64,000 nt of DNA from Eledone cirrhosa (GCA_964016885.1 OZ024741.1:371566001-371630000); one strand, 5' to 3'. Shown: positions 14,595 to 27,999, counted from the first letter of the stretch. The notes: generated from the sequence alone by a model not told the origin. Numbers and translations are program-made.

Positions 14595-15027
14595 GTATAA
14601 AATAAGCTGTATTTTTGAAACTTTTGTATCTATCTTGCATCATATTTTTATATAAGATTCTTTGTTAATTTAAGTTTCAAACACCAGCTTAATAATGAAA
14701 AAGTTAGTTATGTTACTAAATCTCTCCAAATTTTTTATTATTTTCAAAAGGATTGGAAAGTTATAGAAAGTGACTTTCATTAGAAATATGGTAACGAAAT
14801 GGCTACCGCTAATGAAACCAGAATAAGCTCCGGTCTGATGAGTCGCCAGGCTTGGGACAGATTTTAACTTACCTTTTTATAACAAGTTATTAAGCGATTG
14901 AATTATAGTCACACACAAAGAGATGTTATACTCTAATGATAATTGTATTTGTACATGATCCACTAATAGTTTATGCAGTCAAACGCAAAGGCGTTTTATA
15001 TTCGAATGATTACTGTATATATATATG

Positions 15028-16145
15028 ACTAGACATGAAAAATGCGCAAGCTCAAAAGTGCCACAGAATGTTATAATAAACCTTCAAAAGTGTGGGACTA
15101 GAGTTGTTGCCAAAAAATATTGTAATCATTATATATCGTACATTCTGTGGCATCCTTTATAAAAATAACTTAAACCAACGAAGCCTTTATTTTTACGCTA
15201 TTTCACTTAGTTAATTCTTAGAGTGTAACATATAAAAATATGATTTACAACTATAAAATAAATTAATTAATATAATAACAGAGCTGCGGAGCTGAAATTT
15301 AGGAAATAATGGAGTATCGGATCCTGAGTTGGAGCCAGTCAATTTTTGGCCGACTCCGCAGCCCTGTATAATACATTTCATATTAAAGTTATTAATAAAC
15401 CTATTTTACACTGCATGCAAATTACCATGAGATATTGATATTAGATATAAGATACAGCGCAATATCTACAGCTGTAAAAGTACGAAAGCGAAGTAATAAT
15501 AAGTGGCTTAAGGTAATTCCAATATGAAAGTTTGTAGTGATAAAAATTTGATAATGCAATACGATTGTTAATATTATAGTTCTATGAAAATGTAACAATA
15601 GATAACTAAATTATTTTACTATTAGTATATTTAAGAAATTATCATTATAGATTTGATCGTTCATATAAGCATCATATTAATTTTCAACACAATTATTTTG
15701 TTACTATGAGTATATGATAATAATATTACGTAATTATTTATAGCTGTTATTACATTAAACATAGATGTATTTATTTTTATATGTTACACTCTAAGAATTA
15801 ACTAAGTGAAATAGCGTAAAAATAAAGGCTTCGTTGGTTTAAGCTATTTTTATAAAGGATGCCACAGAATGTACGATATATAATGATTACAATATTTTTA
15901 AGCAACAACTCTAGTCCCACACTTTTGAAGGTTTATTATAACATTCTGTGGCACTTTTGAGCTTGCGCATTTTTCATGTCTAGTTTAATATTTTTTTAAG
16001 GCAACGCTTGTAATAACTCTAGTTAAACAGGATATATATTAATAATAAATTATCGTTGTAATGTAATTAGATTATGTAATTGTTATTATAAATTATCTTA
16101 TAAATATTAGTGTAAGATGTATAAAAATATTTTCAGACTTTTAAT
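15028..16145 (+). mobile_element. Fold-back AT-rich element, copy 1
   Basis: Inverted arms 15028-15240 and 15772-15984. The arm and following tail are homologous to 44830-45430. Confidence 0.75.
15279..15366. mobile_element. Small hAT-like MITE
   Basis: TIRs CAGAGCTGCGGAG / CTCCGCAGCCCTG; flanks TATAATAA / TATAATAC, an 8-bp TSD with one mismatch. Confidence 0.55.
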
Positions 16146-17176
16146 ATAAACAACTACAAAAAACAATCAATATTAAATCAATATATTATACATAATAGAA
16201 AACATAAAATAAACAATACAAAAACAAAATATTTACATACAATTGCAATTATCAGTGTATATACATTTTCTTTATATTCCCTGAGCAAATTAATAAGATT
16301 TGTTTTTATTGTACATAATTTGATGACTTGTTGGAGTGTATTAAAAGATAGCAACAATTTGTGATTAAATTGTTATCTTAAGCAACTCACTTTTTAATAG
16401 TTGTTGGCTGAGCGAAATTGTAAAATCCTATGAGCAAATATAAAAAAAAATACACAAACAACATTTCCTTGTGTTATTACAACATTAGATAAAATAATTG
16501 AGCAATGTCGTTATATTTTGCTCTTATTGCACATTAATAGTGTTTCTATTTTTCGGCACAAATCCATTACGGCAGTCCATTACTGGTACTTTATTTTATC
16601 GAATTAGTAAGTATGAAAGTCGAAGTTAACCTCGGCAGGATTTGAACTTAGAATGCAAAGGACCATAACAATACTGCAAAGCATGGTGTCTGACGCTCTA
16701 CCAATACTTGTGTTGAGCTGGTCATTAATTTATGGTGGTCGTGCGTGGAGTAGAGCAATCGCTAGTTGAAATATTATGAACAAAACATTTTTATTTGCCG
16801 AAGAACATATTTTCAATACTGTTTGTGAATGTGACGAAGGAAATACATTCTGATATGGAACAGTGTACAAAGTGTGTCTGTGAATAACATAATGTTACCT
16901 CATGTTGTTGTCAAGACATAATGGATTTCGTATATCCAATTAGAAGATGAAACCTAGCCATCTCGGATTAGTTATATTTCATGCCATGTGTAAACGTGTT
17001 TGAGGATAGCAAAATATGCGTGTTTCTTGTCTGGAAACTTTCTGCTAAACTGATTGGTTTCGTTTTTGGCACTATACAATACTCATCCAACAGATAGCTG
17101 TATTGGGTCCTTGATTGGTTAATATTTAGGTGAGGGTGCTTGATGCAGAGTTAGTGCAAAATGGATCAATGAGTGT

Positions 17177-17828
17177 AATAATAATAATGATAATAATAAT
17201 GAAAATATTGTGTACAATGCTGAGGTGCACTACAACTCATCAAAAGTGCATATATAATACATAGGGTAATATAAAAACGTCAGGAAAAAAGAACAGTGCA
17301 TGAGTCATGATATGCACATATGTGCATGTGTATGGAAGGGGGACATCAGGTGTAGTTTTGGTGTATTTCGGAATGTATGATGGTTTTAAAGGATGCAGTG
17401 TGTCATCAGCTAACAACTGATGCAGGAAGTTTGTTCCATCCTTCAGCAACTCTGAGCATGAAGAAATATTTCCTAAAGTCATGGGAGCTGTGTTGTTTTC
17501 TGACTTTGTAGGCATGTCCACGTGTTAGACACATGGAGATCAAAAAGGTGTTCGGGGTTGTTGTTGGTCGGATGGTTAATAACTTTGTGGGTGTTTACCA
17601 AGTCCATTGCCAGAGGGAAGCAAAATATTCAGGGTATGGTAGGTGTCTGATGGAGGGTATGCGCTTGGTTGCATGTCTCTGAACAGTTTCCAGGAGGTCA
17701 ATGTTCTGAGCAAGATAGGGGTTCCAGACTGATGACGCGAACTCCAAGTGTATTCGTACCATAGATGTATACAGCTTTAAATAGATGGCTGGAGAGCAGC
17801 TAATGAAGGTCTTGCTGATTGATGCCAA
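17177..17828 (-). mobile_element. CR1-like LINE 3' fragment
   Basis: Translation LYTSMVRIHLEFASSVWNPY..IDLLETVQRHATKRI is a typical CR1 C-terminus; (TTA)n tail near 17177-17200. Confidence 0.8.
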
Positions 17829-18019
17829 GTCAATCTTAATAAATTGACTGATTTATCTGTTCACTACTGCTAATCCACCGCTGTTTGTACAATTTTTTAG
17901 ATAATGTCAATTTGAGCTTGAATCATTGGCGTAATGAAATTTGAAAAGATTATAAGCAAATCTTTTTTAAAATACACAGACAACATTTAACTGTATCGTT
18001 GCAACATTAGATCTAATAA

Positions 18020-18195
18020 TTGTTTCTACTTTAGGCACAAGGCCAGCAATTACCCAGTGCATTACTGGTACTTTATTTTATCTACCCCGTAAGGATGAAA
18101 GGCAAAGTCAACCTCGGCAGGATTTGAACTCAGATCGTAAAGGGACGTAACTATGCTGGAAAGCATGGCATCCGACCCTCTACCAATACTGCCAA
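18020..18195 (-). mobile_element. tRNA-derived Nin-domain SINE
   Basis: On -: TGGCAGTATTGG A box, GAGTTCAAATCC B box, GCCTTTCATCCTTACGGGGT core. Near-identical to 59820-60005. Confidence 0.85.
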
Positions 18196-18221
18196 AATAA
18201 TGGAGCAACATTTGTGCAGAA

Positions 18222-18686
18222 TTATTGTTTGTGCAATAAGATATTTGCAGATCTGTACTTGGTCTGCTCTTTAGCCAACTCGGTACGTTTAGAAGCTCTA
18301 CGCTCGGCTTGCTTTTGAGATATAATAGCTGAATTTGCAGATCTATACTTGGCCTGCTTGTTTGCCAACTCATACCGTTTTGAACATCTATACTTGGCCT
18401 GTTTTTGTGTTAATTTAGCAAAATTCACAGCTCTATAATCGGCCTGTTTTTGTCTCAACTTCTCCCGATTCCGCATCCGGTAAGCTGCTTTCACATCCAA
18501 TTTAATACGCCCATCTAGATTATTAGCACAGGAATGTGAACAAGCTTGTGGGACCGCATCATTGTAAGTATATGAACTGCCTGCAACATCAAGACCCAAT
18601 TCACAAGTGCAGCGTTGCTCATTCACATCGGCAGTGGGGACACCAAAATCAGTGACAGGTCTCGATTCACTCGCGAGATACATCAC
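18222..18686 (-). pseudogene. Fragment encoding 15-aa basic repeats (KQAKYRSAN..), possibly Helitron N-terminal region
   Basis: A 45-bp codon-phase repeat gives KQADYRAVN / KQAKYRCSK / KQAKYRSAN / EQTKYRSAN. Family assignment is inference. Confidence 0.4.
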
Positions 18687-18714
18687 AGCTACACTATATA
18701 TTTAAACATATATA

Positions 18715-18775
18715 CAGTGATACCTCGCTACTTGGCGGTTCAACTATCGCGGATTCACGATTTCGCGCATTTTTA
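18715..18775 (+). mobile_element. pogo/Tigger-like terminal fragment
   Basis: TA|CAGTGATACCTCGCTACTTGGCGG..TCGCGGATTCACGATTTCGCG resembles Tigger ends. Confidence 0.5.
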
Positions 18776-18967
18776 GAATATATATATGAACACCTAAAAT
18801 TTTTCATTAAATCCATTAAAATATTAATAATAAACACAGTTCTAATCATACGCTACATATATATATATATATATATATAAATATAAGTAATTAATACCGT
18901 ATAAATGGTACAAAGACTGTTTATGTAAAATGTATTTCTCAACAGAGTATTGAATACTTAGGAGAAA

Positions 18968-19163
18968 TTCAAAACGAAGAGTGATAAAATTTCAAGCAAA
19001 GAGTTTAATTAGGTAATGACTTACAAATTTGTTTCAGTATATAGACAAAGCCTGAAGCGCTAATTATAATAATTAGTTAATAATATTATATTAAAGATAT
19101 ACTGAAACAAATTTGTAAGTCATTACCTAATTAAACTCTTTGCTTGAAATGTTATCATTCTTC

Positions 19164-19167
<4 letters not shown>
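18968..19167. repeat. Fold-back element carrying the 3' half of a hammerhead-like motif
   Basis: Arms ~18968-19045 and ~19098-19167. GAAA-CAAATTTG(palindrome)-TA present; no intact CTGANGA. Confidence 0.55.
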
Positions 19168-19202
<35 letters not shown>

Positions 19203-20538
19203 TCTAGTCCTTCGCTCAAGATTAATCTATAAGTTTAGATGTCTGCCTTCGTTTAAGTAAATATTACAGTAAGATTTTTAATATAAACAACTACAAAAAA
19301 CAATTAATATTAAAACGAAAAAATTATCAATGATAAAAGAAGCGGATGCAACTTTTTTTTTTATAAAGTTATATTCCTGTTTCTTTAAAGAACATTTCAT
19401 TTTTGTTCTATTGTAGGCGAAATAATGCAATGGTTTAATAGGGAAGATATAACTTACCAATTATGTCTCTAACCGTGTAACGCTTTTTAAGTAGATAACT
19501 ACAATTGAAAATACTAAAGAAATGGAACCAACAATTCAATTTGAAAGTCGTCTACTTATAGTGACAGTGTATTACTGGTACTATATTTTATCGACCCCGT
19601 AACGATGAAAGGCAAAAATGCAAATGTTTAAAATTTAAATTGCCTTAATTCTATCGTCTGCTGTTTCATTAAAGGGAGATTCTCGTCTGTATTTAATTCT
19701 ATCGTCTACTGTTCCACTAAACAGATATACCTCCACTATCGTCTCTATTTATACATTTTAACTTATAACTTATACACATTTGATTTGAAATATTTTATCT
19801 AGTCCCCCCTCTCAATATTATGATGATTTCTTTCGAATGAAACAGTTCTAGTCCTGTAGAAGCCATTTATATATATAATTGAACTGAGTTAAAAATTCAC
19901 AATATTTATAATTAAATAAGCTCATATATATATGTGTGTATTTATCTGTTTATTGTATTATATATAATGTGTGTATATACAGGATGTCCCCCAAAAATAT
20001 ATACACACTTCAACAGCATTCTAATAACTATTGCCTGTACAGGTAATCAAAGTGTCAATCGAATGTTAGTTTCGTGTTTTAACAGTACAAATTTACAATA
20101 CACACATAAAACCAGTGTATATACATACATGAGTGTGTATACACATACATGAATGTGTATATACAATATATATGTATATATATATAGACACATATATTCA
20201 CGGTGCAACGGAACATTAAAATATAGATGCGGGAGGGGGGTGTATATATAGGGGCGCTGGGGATAAAGGAGTGTAAAGCGTGTGTAATTGATATATTGAA
20301 GGAGAGGAGCGTGCAGCGATAGAGTAACAAATATATAGAGAGGGGGAGAGATGGTATTGAAGGGGAGGAGTGCAAAGCGAAAGAGTAAGAGAGATATATA
20401 TAGAGACGGAACAGATAGAGAGAAACAGGCGTAAGTAACAGTGGAAGAGATATATAGAGAGGGGGAAATGTGTTATTGAAGGGGGGGGGGGGAGTGTAAA
20501 GCGAAAGCGTAAGATATATATAGAGAGAGGGGGAATAG

Positions 20539-20569
<31 letters not shown>

Positions 20570-21104
20570 ACACTTACTCTGATTGGTTGAAAATTAGCCA
20601 ATGACATACGATCACCACCACCACGGCTATCCCCGAAAAATTTATGAAGAAGCTAGGCATATATGTTAGAACACGAAAAGTGAACATTCTGTTGTTTCAC
20701 ACTTTTCGTGTTCTAACAGATAAACTAAAGGTGGCGAATTAGCTGAGTCATTGGAACGTCGGGTAAAATGTTTTGCAGTATTCGTTCCGGCTCTCTGCTT
20801 TCTGGGTTCAAATTCCATCGAGGTTAACTTTGCATTTCATCCAATTGAGGTGGATGAATAAAATACCAGTCCAGTACTAAGGTCGATTCCTCCACTGTTT
20901 CTCTCACTCTCTATTCTTCTCTGGGAGAAATTGACTGTGTTCAGACCTGGAGAGGAGATGGGCTTCTCCAGGTTTAAAATGCCTAAGAAACGTCGTATGT
21001 TACTACGGCGTTACTACGACTCAGTCAGGAGTTATGGGTCCCAACCATACATATGATAAAGCATAAAATTACAGAGCCATACTCAAAGAAATTTTATACT
21101 CGAA

Positions 21105-21150
<46 letters not shown>

Positions 21151-21152
<2 letters not shown>

Positions 21153-21777
21153 TAAATGAGTGAAGAATAACGTGGATCGGCTTTACAATAGGGTTTATTC
21201 AAAGTATTAACAATTGTTTCATTAGTCCGGTGTGTCTAAAAAATCGCTGTTCGTAAGATGATACGTCATTCGATTTTAATTACAGTGGATACCTGACCAA
21301 ATCTTCAGAATACTGATCTGTGTACATGATAGACTGCGCACTGTATTTTTAGACACATCGGACTAATGAAACAATTGTTAATACTTTGAATAAACCCGAT
21401 TGTAAAGCCGATCCACGTCATTCTTCTCTCATTTACTATTATTACTCCAAGAACTGTCTTGAATCGGACACCCGAGTAATGAAACTTCTTGTTGAATTAA
21501 ACAATGCTGAACTTTAAAACTATCCTCGATACAGAGTACTCATAACCTCCACTTGGATTACCTAAAACGATATCTCGTTAACTTATATGTATATGAGAAT
21601 TTCACATTTCGCTCTACCTAAATACCGCCACCGCATCTACTAAAACTAAATGTGTGCACTCTGAACGGCTGGTTGCAACTCCATTACTGCAATTCAGCAA
21701 ATGCATTGAGTGAGCTAGATGCTGGCCGGAGACCGTTGAATTAATACCAGCGATCTTCGTTAATTTTATATAGTTTT

Positions 21778-21780
<3 letters not shown>
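21151..21780 (+). mobile_element. Non-coding hammerhead-bearing fold-back element in (TA)n
   Basis: Arms 21151-21242 and 21346-21437, AATAAA after the ribozyme 3' half, ~340-bp tail, (TA)n on both sides. Confidence 0.75.
21203..21314 (-). ncRNA. Type I hammerhead ribozyme with long stem II insertion
   Basis: On -: AGTATT-CTGAAGA-T-TTGGTC..GACTAA-T-GAAA-CAATTG-TT-AATACT. Perfect 6-bp stem I, palindromic stem III. Confidence 0.8.
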
Positions 21781-21836
<56 letters not shown>

Positions 21837-21906
21837 CAGTAGTTTATCACACACACACACACGCACACACACACATATACATTATATATATATATATATA
21901 TATATA

Positions 21907-22087
21907 GCGAATGAAAAGTGGTAAGGAACCAGGTGGACCATAACGCACCAAAGTACTCAATACTTAGGGTAGTAGAGTGGGTAATAGGAGTAAGTAAGAC
22001 CCCGACGGCTGAGCTCAAGCCGTTTCGACGGTACAGAATTAGCCGTCGAAACGGCTTGAGCTCAGCCGTCGGGGTCTTACTTACTCC

Positions 22088-22090
<3 letters not shown>
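21907..22090 (-). mobile_element. ~200-bp hairpin element (hammerhead 3'-half family), copy 1
   Basis: Perfect 48-bp arms 21984-22031 and 22043-22090, unique body, (TA)n flanks. Confidence 0.85.
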
Positions 22091-22178
<88 letters not shown>

Positions 22179-22237
22179 TAAACTACTGAATTATGCAGTC
22201 ATACACAAACAAAGTTTATACTTGAACGATTACTGTG

Positions 22238-22284
<47 letters not shown>

Positions 22285-22917
22285 GTATATATATATCGGA
22301 TTATGCAGTAATACGCAAAGGAGTTTTATACTCGAATGATTACTGTATATGTATATGATGAACTTTACATTCTATATTTCATTTATTGATGTCAGCATAC
22401 CATAGAGAAGCATGCAATTGAAAGTACATACCACAGTCATAACAAACAAATAATAGATGGCACACCATTTTCGGGTAGAATATTCGTAACAAATCCCTTG
22501 TTTTAGTAATGAGCAAAAAAAAAAAAAAAGTAATAATAATAGCTAGAAGGGAATTTCCACCCATCCACCCACCCTTAAGGGATGAAATGAAAATTGTTAA
22601 CATTCATTGTTATATACACAATGTTCACAGCGGGATTTCATCCTTATCTTCAACACCGCCATAGGCAGATAAACCATTGTTGTAACATGAGACATTTGCC
22701 AGAAGCTTCATGCCAAACAAGACAAAGTTATTAGATGAAAGAATTATGGTATGATAATTATAAGTGTGTAAATGTATAAAGTGTGAGTCTATGTTGCGCG
22801 TGTGTGTGTGTGTGCGTATGTGCGCGTGTAAGTGCGTGCATGCGTGTAAGTAAGTATATGTTTGTGTGTATGTATATGTGTATATATATGTATACATGTA
22901 TATGTACATATATGTAC

Positions 22918-23002
<85 letters not shown>

Positions 23003-24297
23003 ATATATTGTATATATAGTAATAAACACAGTAAGTTGTGTGTTTAAAATTACGAGGGTTAAGATACCACGTTAGTTTGACAGATTTAACCTGAAGCAAA
23101 CGGAAAATAGAGGATAAAGAGTAAAATGTACAGACTGTTTCAATAACTATTTCATCTCCCGGACAGATTAGAGATTTTATCTGTTTTGCCCTGAGAATTC
23201 TGTTTGTAATAGATAATCCGTAGGCATCATCAACGAGAGATAAGATCAAATGTGACAAACACCTAAAACTAAAAGCTACACGAATGAATATTTCACCTCG
23301 TGCGCGAGAAGTCCAAAGTGGCGTGAGTGGATCGGCTAGAAACAATAGCCTAAATACACCCAACTTATTAGCTCACCAAGTTAGGGAACCGAAATTCAAG
23401 TAAGAGGCAGAGTTAATAACTCATATTAATACCCTGTAATTAACAAGCTCAAAGTATAAATACCGAGCATTAATCCCGCCGAGGTTGACTTTGCCTTTCA
23501 TCCTTACGGGGTCGATAAAATAAAGTACCAGTAATGCACTGGGTAATTGCTGGCCTTGTGCCTAAAGTAGAAACAATTATATAATAATATATATAGTAAT
23601 AATATAATATATATAGTAATATATATAGTAATAAACACAGTAAATTGTTGGGTTGGTTTTCCTGGCGGCGGGACCGGCCCCTGGCGCATAGGCCTACCTT
23701 GAGTGCTTGGAAAAATAAATTTCCCCTTCTTTCGGTAAATGAAACTACTCGGAGTGGCTTGATTCGCCCCAGGGGCCCGGCGCGCAGCCGGCTTTTTAAC
23801 CACCATATAGTACCTTTAAATTACAGATCAAATCAGAACTCTACTTAAGACCCCCCCCCCTCCTGGGTAAAGGAATAGTACAGGTTTTGTACAAGAATGG
23901 CCTAACGATGCGGGCTGACTTCCTTCTGACGCAACTGAAGCCTGTTATACATTCCTAGAGTGGTCGGAAAAATCGATTTCCATATCTTTCGCTAGGCGAT
24001 ATCACTCGGAGTGATGGGCTGCCCTAGCTTGTAGTCGCCGCGTGCTGTTTAACGGCTAAACAAAGACATAATCTTTACTCTATAATAAAATGTAAGTGTC
24101 TTCATAAAAGACTCTTTCTTTGCTTAAACCTCGCAACCTTAAAAATGTTAAACTGTTTAACTTTAAATTTTCTAATTTCTTTAATATTAAATATTAATTT
24201 TTTAACTTCATCCTATAAGTCTAAACAAAAATGTAACGTTCCAATCTTCTGCTCACACATTATAACACACTGAACACCACTATATTTACCTCTGCTA

Positions 24298-24640
24298 AGA
24301 TACGGGTCCCTGTGAAAGTTTTCTCGCGCCACTCCTGGCCTGACTGTAGTCTGACATTAATATCGACCTTTCTTCCTCTTTCTTTCTATCTTTCTTCTTG
24401 TAGCCATCAACCCTTACTCTTCTACTTCTTCCTTTTATTCTTTCTTTTCTCCCCTCTTTCTGTCTTCCTCCCGCTGACTTATCTTCCTTCCCCTTTTTGT
24501 TTGCCTATATTTGACCGGTAGTAGTTGTTTAGATACGGGTCCCTTAGAATAAAAAGATTTTTCGCGACAATCCTGGCCTGACTGTAATACCGACCTTCTT
24601 TCCTCTTTCTTTCTGTCTTTCTTCTTATAGCTGACATTAA
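24298..24640. repeat. Imperfect direct repeat, period ~233 bp
   Basis: AGATACGGGTCCCT..TCGCG..TCCTGGCCTGACTGTA..CGACCTT at ~24298 and ~24531. Confidence 0.65.
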
Positions 24641-24894
24641 CCCTGGATTCTCTTCTTCTTCCTTGCCCCTTCTTCTCTCTCCTTCCTTTCTTTCTTTCTT
24701 TCTTTCTTTTGTCTTGTAACTTATGTTCCCATCCCTTTCTGTTTTCCTTTATCTGACCGTAGTAGCACACTGTGAGCCTTAGCCACGTCACTCGAGGGCG
24801 ACCGGCTAAGGTAGAGGGTGCAAGATAGCGGTCGCCCTCGGGTCTTTGATTTTCAGCCCCATGGATTTTATCTATTACATTCACTCATTATATT

Positions 24895-25001
24895 TCGAAT
24901 ACCTGATATCACCGGATTCATACGGAACCCGGTCATTGAAATGATCATAATATAATAAACCTTTCAAGGATTTACACAAATCCAGCCTCCTGTCATTTCA
25001 T

Positions 25002-25007
<6 letters not shown>
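24895..25007 (+). mobile_element. Degenerate copy of the 25245/54398 hammerhead family
   Basis: CTGATAT..ACCGG..CCGGTCATT-GAAA-TGATCA-TA..AATAAA..CCAGCCTCCTGTC, then (TA)n. Confidence 0.55.
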
Positions 25008-25050
<43 letters not shown>

Positions 25051-25053
<3 letters not shown>

Positions 25054-25220
25054 GGAAAAAATGAAACGAAATTTCATTTCTCACTCTTAGTACAGCTGTT
25101 ACTTAAATATAAGTATGTATGCGTACATACATATATGTATACAGACGTACAGTAGTATGTATATATATATACATACATGCACACATATATATATGTACGT
25201 ATGGATTCACCGAACATTTA
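25051..25220. repeat. Unclassified (TA)n-flanked element, copy 2
   Basis: Matches 3917-4088. Confidence 0.7.
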
Positions 25221-25244
25221 TATATATATATATATATAATTATT

Positions 25245-25653
25245 GAATAAAGCAACAGGAGGCCGGCAAGTTGAAATTTCTTTAAAGTTTTTATTCTGCA
25301 GGCACTATATATATTTCAATGGCCAGTAAGATTCCAGTGACATCATCAGGTGCATTGCATAACAATTATGTTTACCTTTATAATTGTTATGCAATGCACC
25401 TGATGATGTCACTTGAATGTTACTGGCCATTGGCATATATATAGTGCCTGCAGAATAAAAACTTTAAAGAAATCTCAACTTGCCGGCCTCCTGTCGTTTT
25501 ATTCTCAAATGTTTAACTCCGTCCACGCACTACCAACAGAATCTTACAGCAAAGATGATTGAGTTGTGTCACGTTGAGTGCTTTTCGTACTTTTGCATCT
25601 TTTTAACAATACAGAATGAAAAGTTTTATCCAGTGGGCCACCAACTTCAATGA
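25245..25653 (+). mobile_element. Fold-back hammerhead element in (TA)n
   Basis: Arms ~25245-25369 and ~25380-25504, plus tail; homologous to 54398-54843. Confidence 0.75.
25302..25353 (-). ncRNA. Minimal type I hammerhead ribozyme
   Basis: On -: GCAC-CTGATGA-TGTCA..TGGCCATT-GAAA-TATATA-TA-GTGC. The mirror copy on + has GAAA changed to GGCA. Confidence 0.7.
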
Positions 25654-25835
25654 ATATATATATATATATATATATGACAAGTATGTTTTGAAACAGTGAG
25701 CAGGTTTGAAATTAGAAAATAGAACAGCTTTCACCGTATTTTTGACTAAAGAAATTTTAGCCTGATAATGGGGTTTAGAACCCCCAGATAAATGGAAAAA
25801 GATGAGTATTGACGTACATGGGAGTATTGACGTAC

Positions 25836-25940
<105 letters not shown>

Positions 25941-25989
25941 GTATTTATGTATGTATGTATTTATGTATGTATATGTATACCTATTATGT

Positions 25990-26593
25990 CAGGTCACCAG
26001 TTGGTGCTACTGGTAACATGTATCCCAGTACAACCTGTCTCATGGTCGGGTGGTTGGCGACTAAACTGGCAACCCCACCAAGGTTTCTTGGTGAGGAGGG
26101 TGACTTTGGACATCCTGCAGGACTAAAAACAAAACCTGTCAAAGGGCAAAGGAGCTCATAAGAGTCAATGGCCATCCAAAATCACCGGGAGAGATGACCC
26201 CTTAGCCTTTGTCAAGGCAGAATTCTAGGAGAAGGAAAACTCTGATATAACACCTGCAACCCTGATGGTATCCAATGATGTTGACTTGTTCTTCTTTTTG
26301 GTAAATATCATCTTGGTTAAGAGAGTGGGACTGGCTTTGTGCAGTGCCTTTGCTCACTATAAAAGCTTCACAGCACAGGCATTGCTTTATATCTGGAGAT
26401 CTCTCTGCACTTGTCATCACATGGTACCATGGGCCCAGCACTATGTGTCAATAATTGTCACAGGTGTAGTGTTTGTACCAGAGTTTTCAAGTCGCTGGAC
26501 TAAAAAGTCACACTCGTTCAGCGCACCGGTAGGGGTTCTCCTACATGGATATAAAGTAGTGGCCGTACTCGAAAACGAGTTGGCAGCCACCAT
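25990..26593 (+). mobile_element. Full-length 607-bp RTE-derived non-autonomous element
   Basis: Near-identical to 11807-12414. Confidence 0.85.
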
Positions 26594-26719
26594 ATGTATA
26601 TCTATATATTCTTCTATTTATCTATCTATATGTCCATCCATCCATACATCCATCTAACAGTCTATCTATCTATCTATCTATCTCTCTCTCTATATATATA
26701 TACATATATATATATATAT

Positions 26720-27384
26720 CCAAAATTAATTAAATTAAATTAAATTAAGGGAGTCATGTCCGAGACATGCGCCATATCCACTGCAGTATAAGCTCAAAGA
26801 TTCCGATGAATAGATCCGAGCATTTTATATCAACTAGAAATTGATTGACATATATATATATATTTAAAATAAACACATGAAACAATCACAGGGGATAATT
26901 TGTAAAGTGTGTAAGCACACATAGCTAGGTAGGTAACTAATTAAAGTTTAACTAGAGCTTCAAATATTACCTTTTAAAAATGATTAATCTTCCTTGTATA
27001 TATTTCATTAAAGAAATATATTTCACCATTAATCCGTAAAGTCACAGTAGTCAAATTCTGGATCTTCAGCAAGGGAGAAGATTTAACTATCTGTGTTTAC
27101 ACATCAAATGCAAATCTGCGAGCGACCCATCGCACGTGTTGCAATTCTAAAACTACTAACAACATGCTAGCGTTATCCCAGTGGCGTGAATAGGGTGATC
27201 GATAGCTATAAATAGCAGCCGAGGAAGATTAATCATTTTTTAAAAGATAATATTTGAGCTCTAGTTAAACTTTAATTAGTTACCTTCCTAGCTATGTGCG
27301 ATTACACACTTTACAAATTATCCCCTGTGATTGTTTCATGTGTTTATTTTAAATATATATATATATATGTCAATCAATTTCTAG

Positions 27385-27390
<6 letters not shown>
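26720..27390 (-). mobile_element. Fold-back hammerhead element in (TA)n
   Basis: Arms ~26831-26993 and ~27222-27386, tail 26720-26830, (TA)n flanks. Confidence 0.75.
26992..27074 (-). ncRNA. Type I hammerhead ribozyme
   Basis: On -: CCTTG-CTGAAGA-T-CCA..TGG-T-GAAA-TATATTTC(tttaat)GAAATATA-TA-CAAGG. 5-bp stem I, perfect 8-bp stem III. Confidence 0.8.
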
Positions 27391-27435
<45 letters not shown>

Positions 27436-27789
27436 GCAAACGTATGCGCAGAGAAGACAAAAATAAATAAATAAATAAATAAATAAACAGATTAAATAAA
27501 GATGGTGTAGACATGCAATACAACAGGAGGAAACATAATAGCACCACTGACGTATTGCAGATGTGCAACGAAAGAACTTTGTTAGACTATATATATGTGT
27601 TTGTGTCTATATTATATCTGTATTTTTTACCCTTTGTCAGTCAATGGTAAACATTGAGGACCAAACAAATTAACTGATATAAAAGATACAGAAGCGAAAA
27701 CCAACCAAACAGTGAGTGTGTTCTGTTATTAATTCTGGCAATATTATTACAATATGACCCTCCCCAAGTACATATATATATATATATAT

Positions 27790-27996
27790 GAAAATGTTTG
27801 ATCCCGACGGCAGAGCTCAAGCCGTGTCGGCGGGTATTTTCTTGACTCCAGAAATTTCTGAGTCCAGAAATAGCCGTCGAAACGGCTTGAGCTCTGCCGT
27901 CGGGATCAAACATTTTCCTAATACCCACTCTACTACCCTAATTATTGAGTACTCTGGTGCGTTATGGTCCATCTGGTTCCTTATACCACTCTTCTT

Positions 27997-27999
<3 letters not shown>
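27790..27999 (+). mobile_element. ~200-bp hairpin element, copy 2
   Basis: Reverse-orientation homologue of 21907-22090, with its own arm variant AAAATGTTTGATCCC/GGGATCAAACATTTT. Confidence 0.85.

Noticed and set aside
14813-14870. GAAA..CTGATGAG resembling a permuted hammerhead
   Set aside because: Stems cannot be completed, and the sequence resembles a SINE tail (ATAAGCTCCGG.CTGATG).
20575-20722. Terminal hairpin ending CTAACAGATA, loosely similar to ~45590-45765
   Set aside because: Probably a DNA-element end, but too diverged to delimit or classify by eye.
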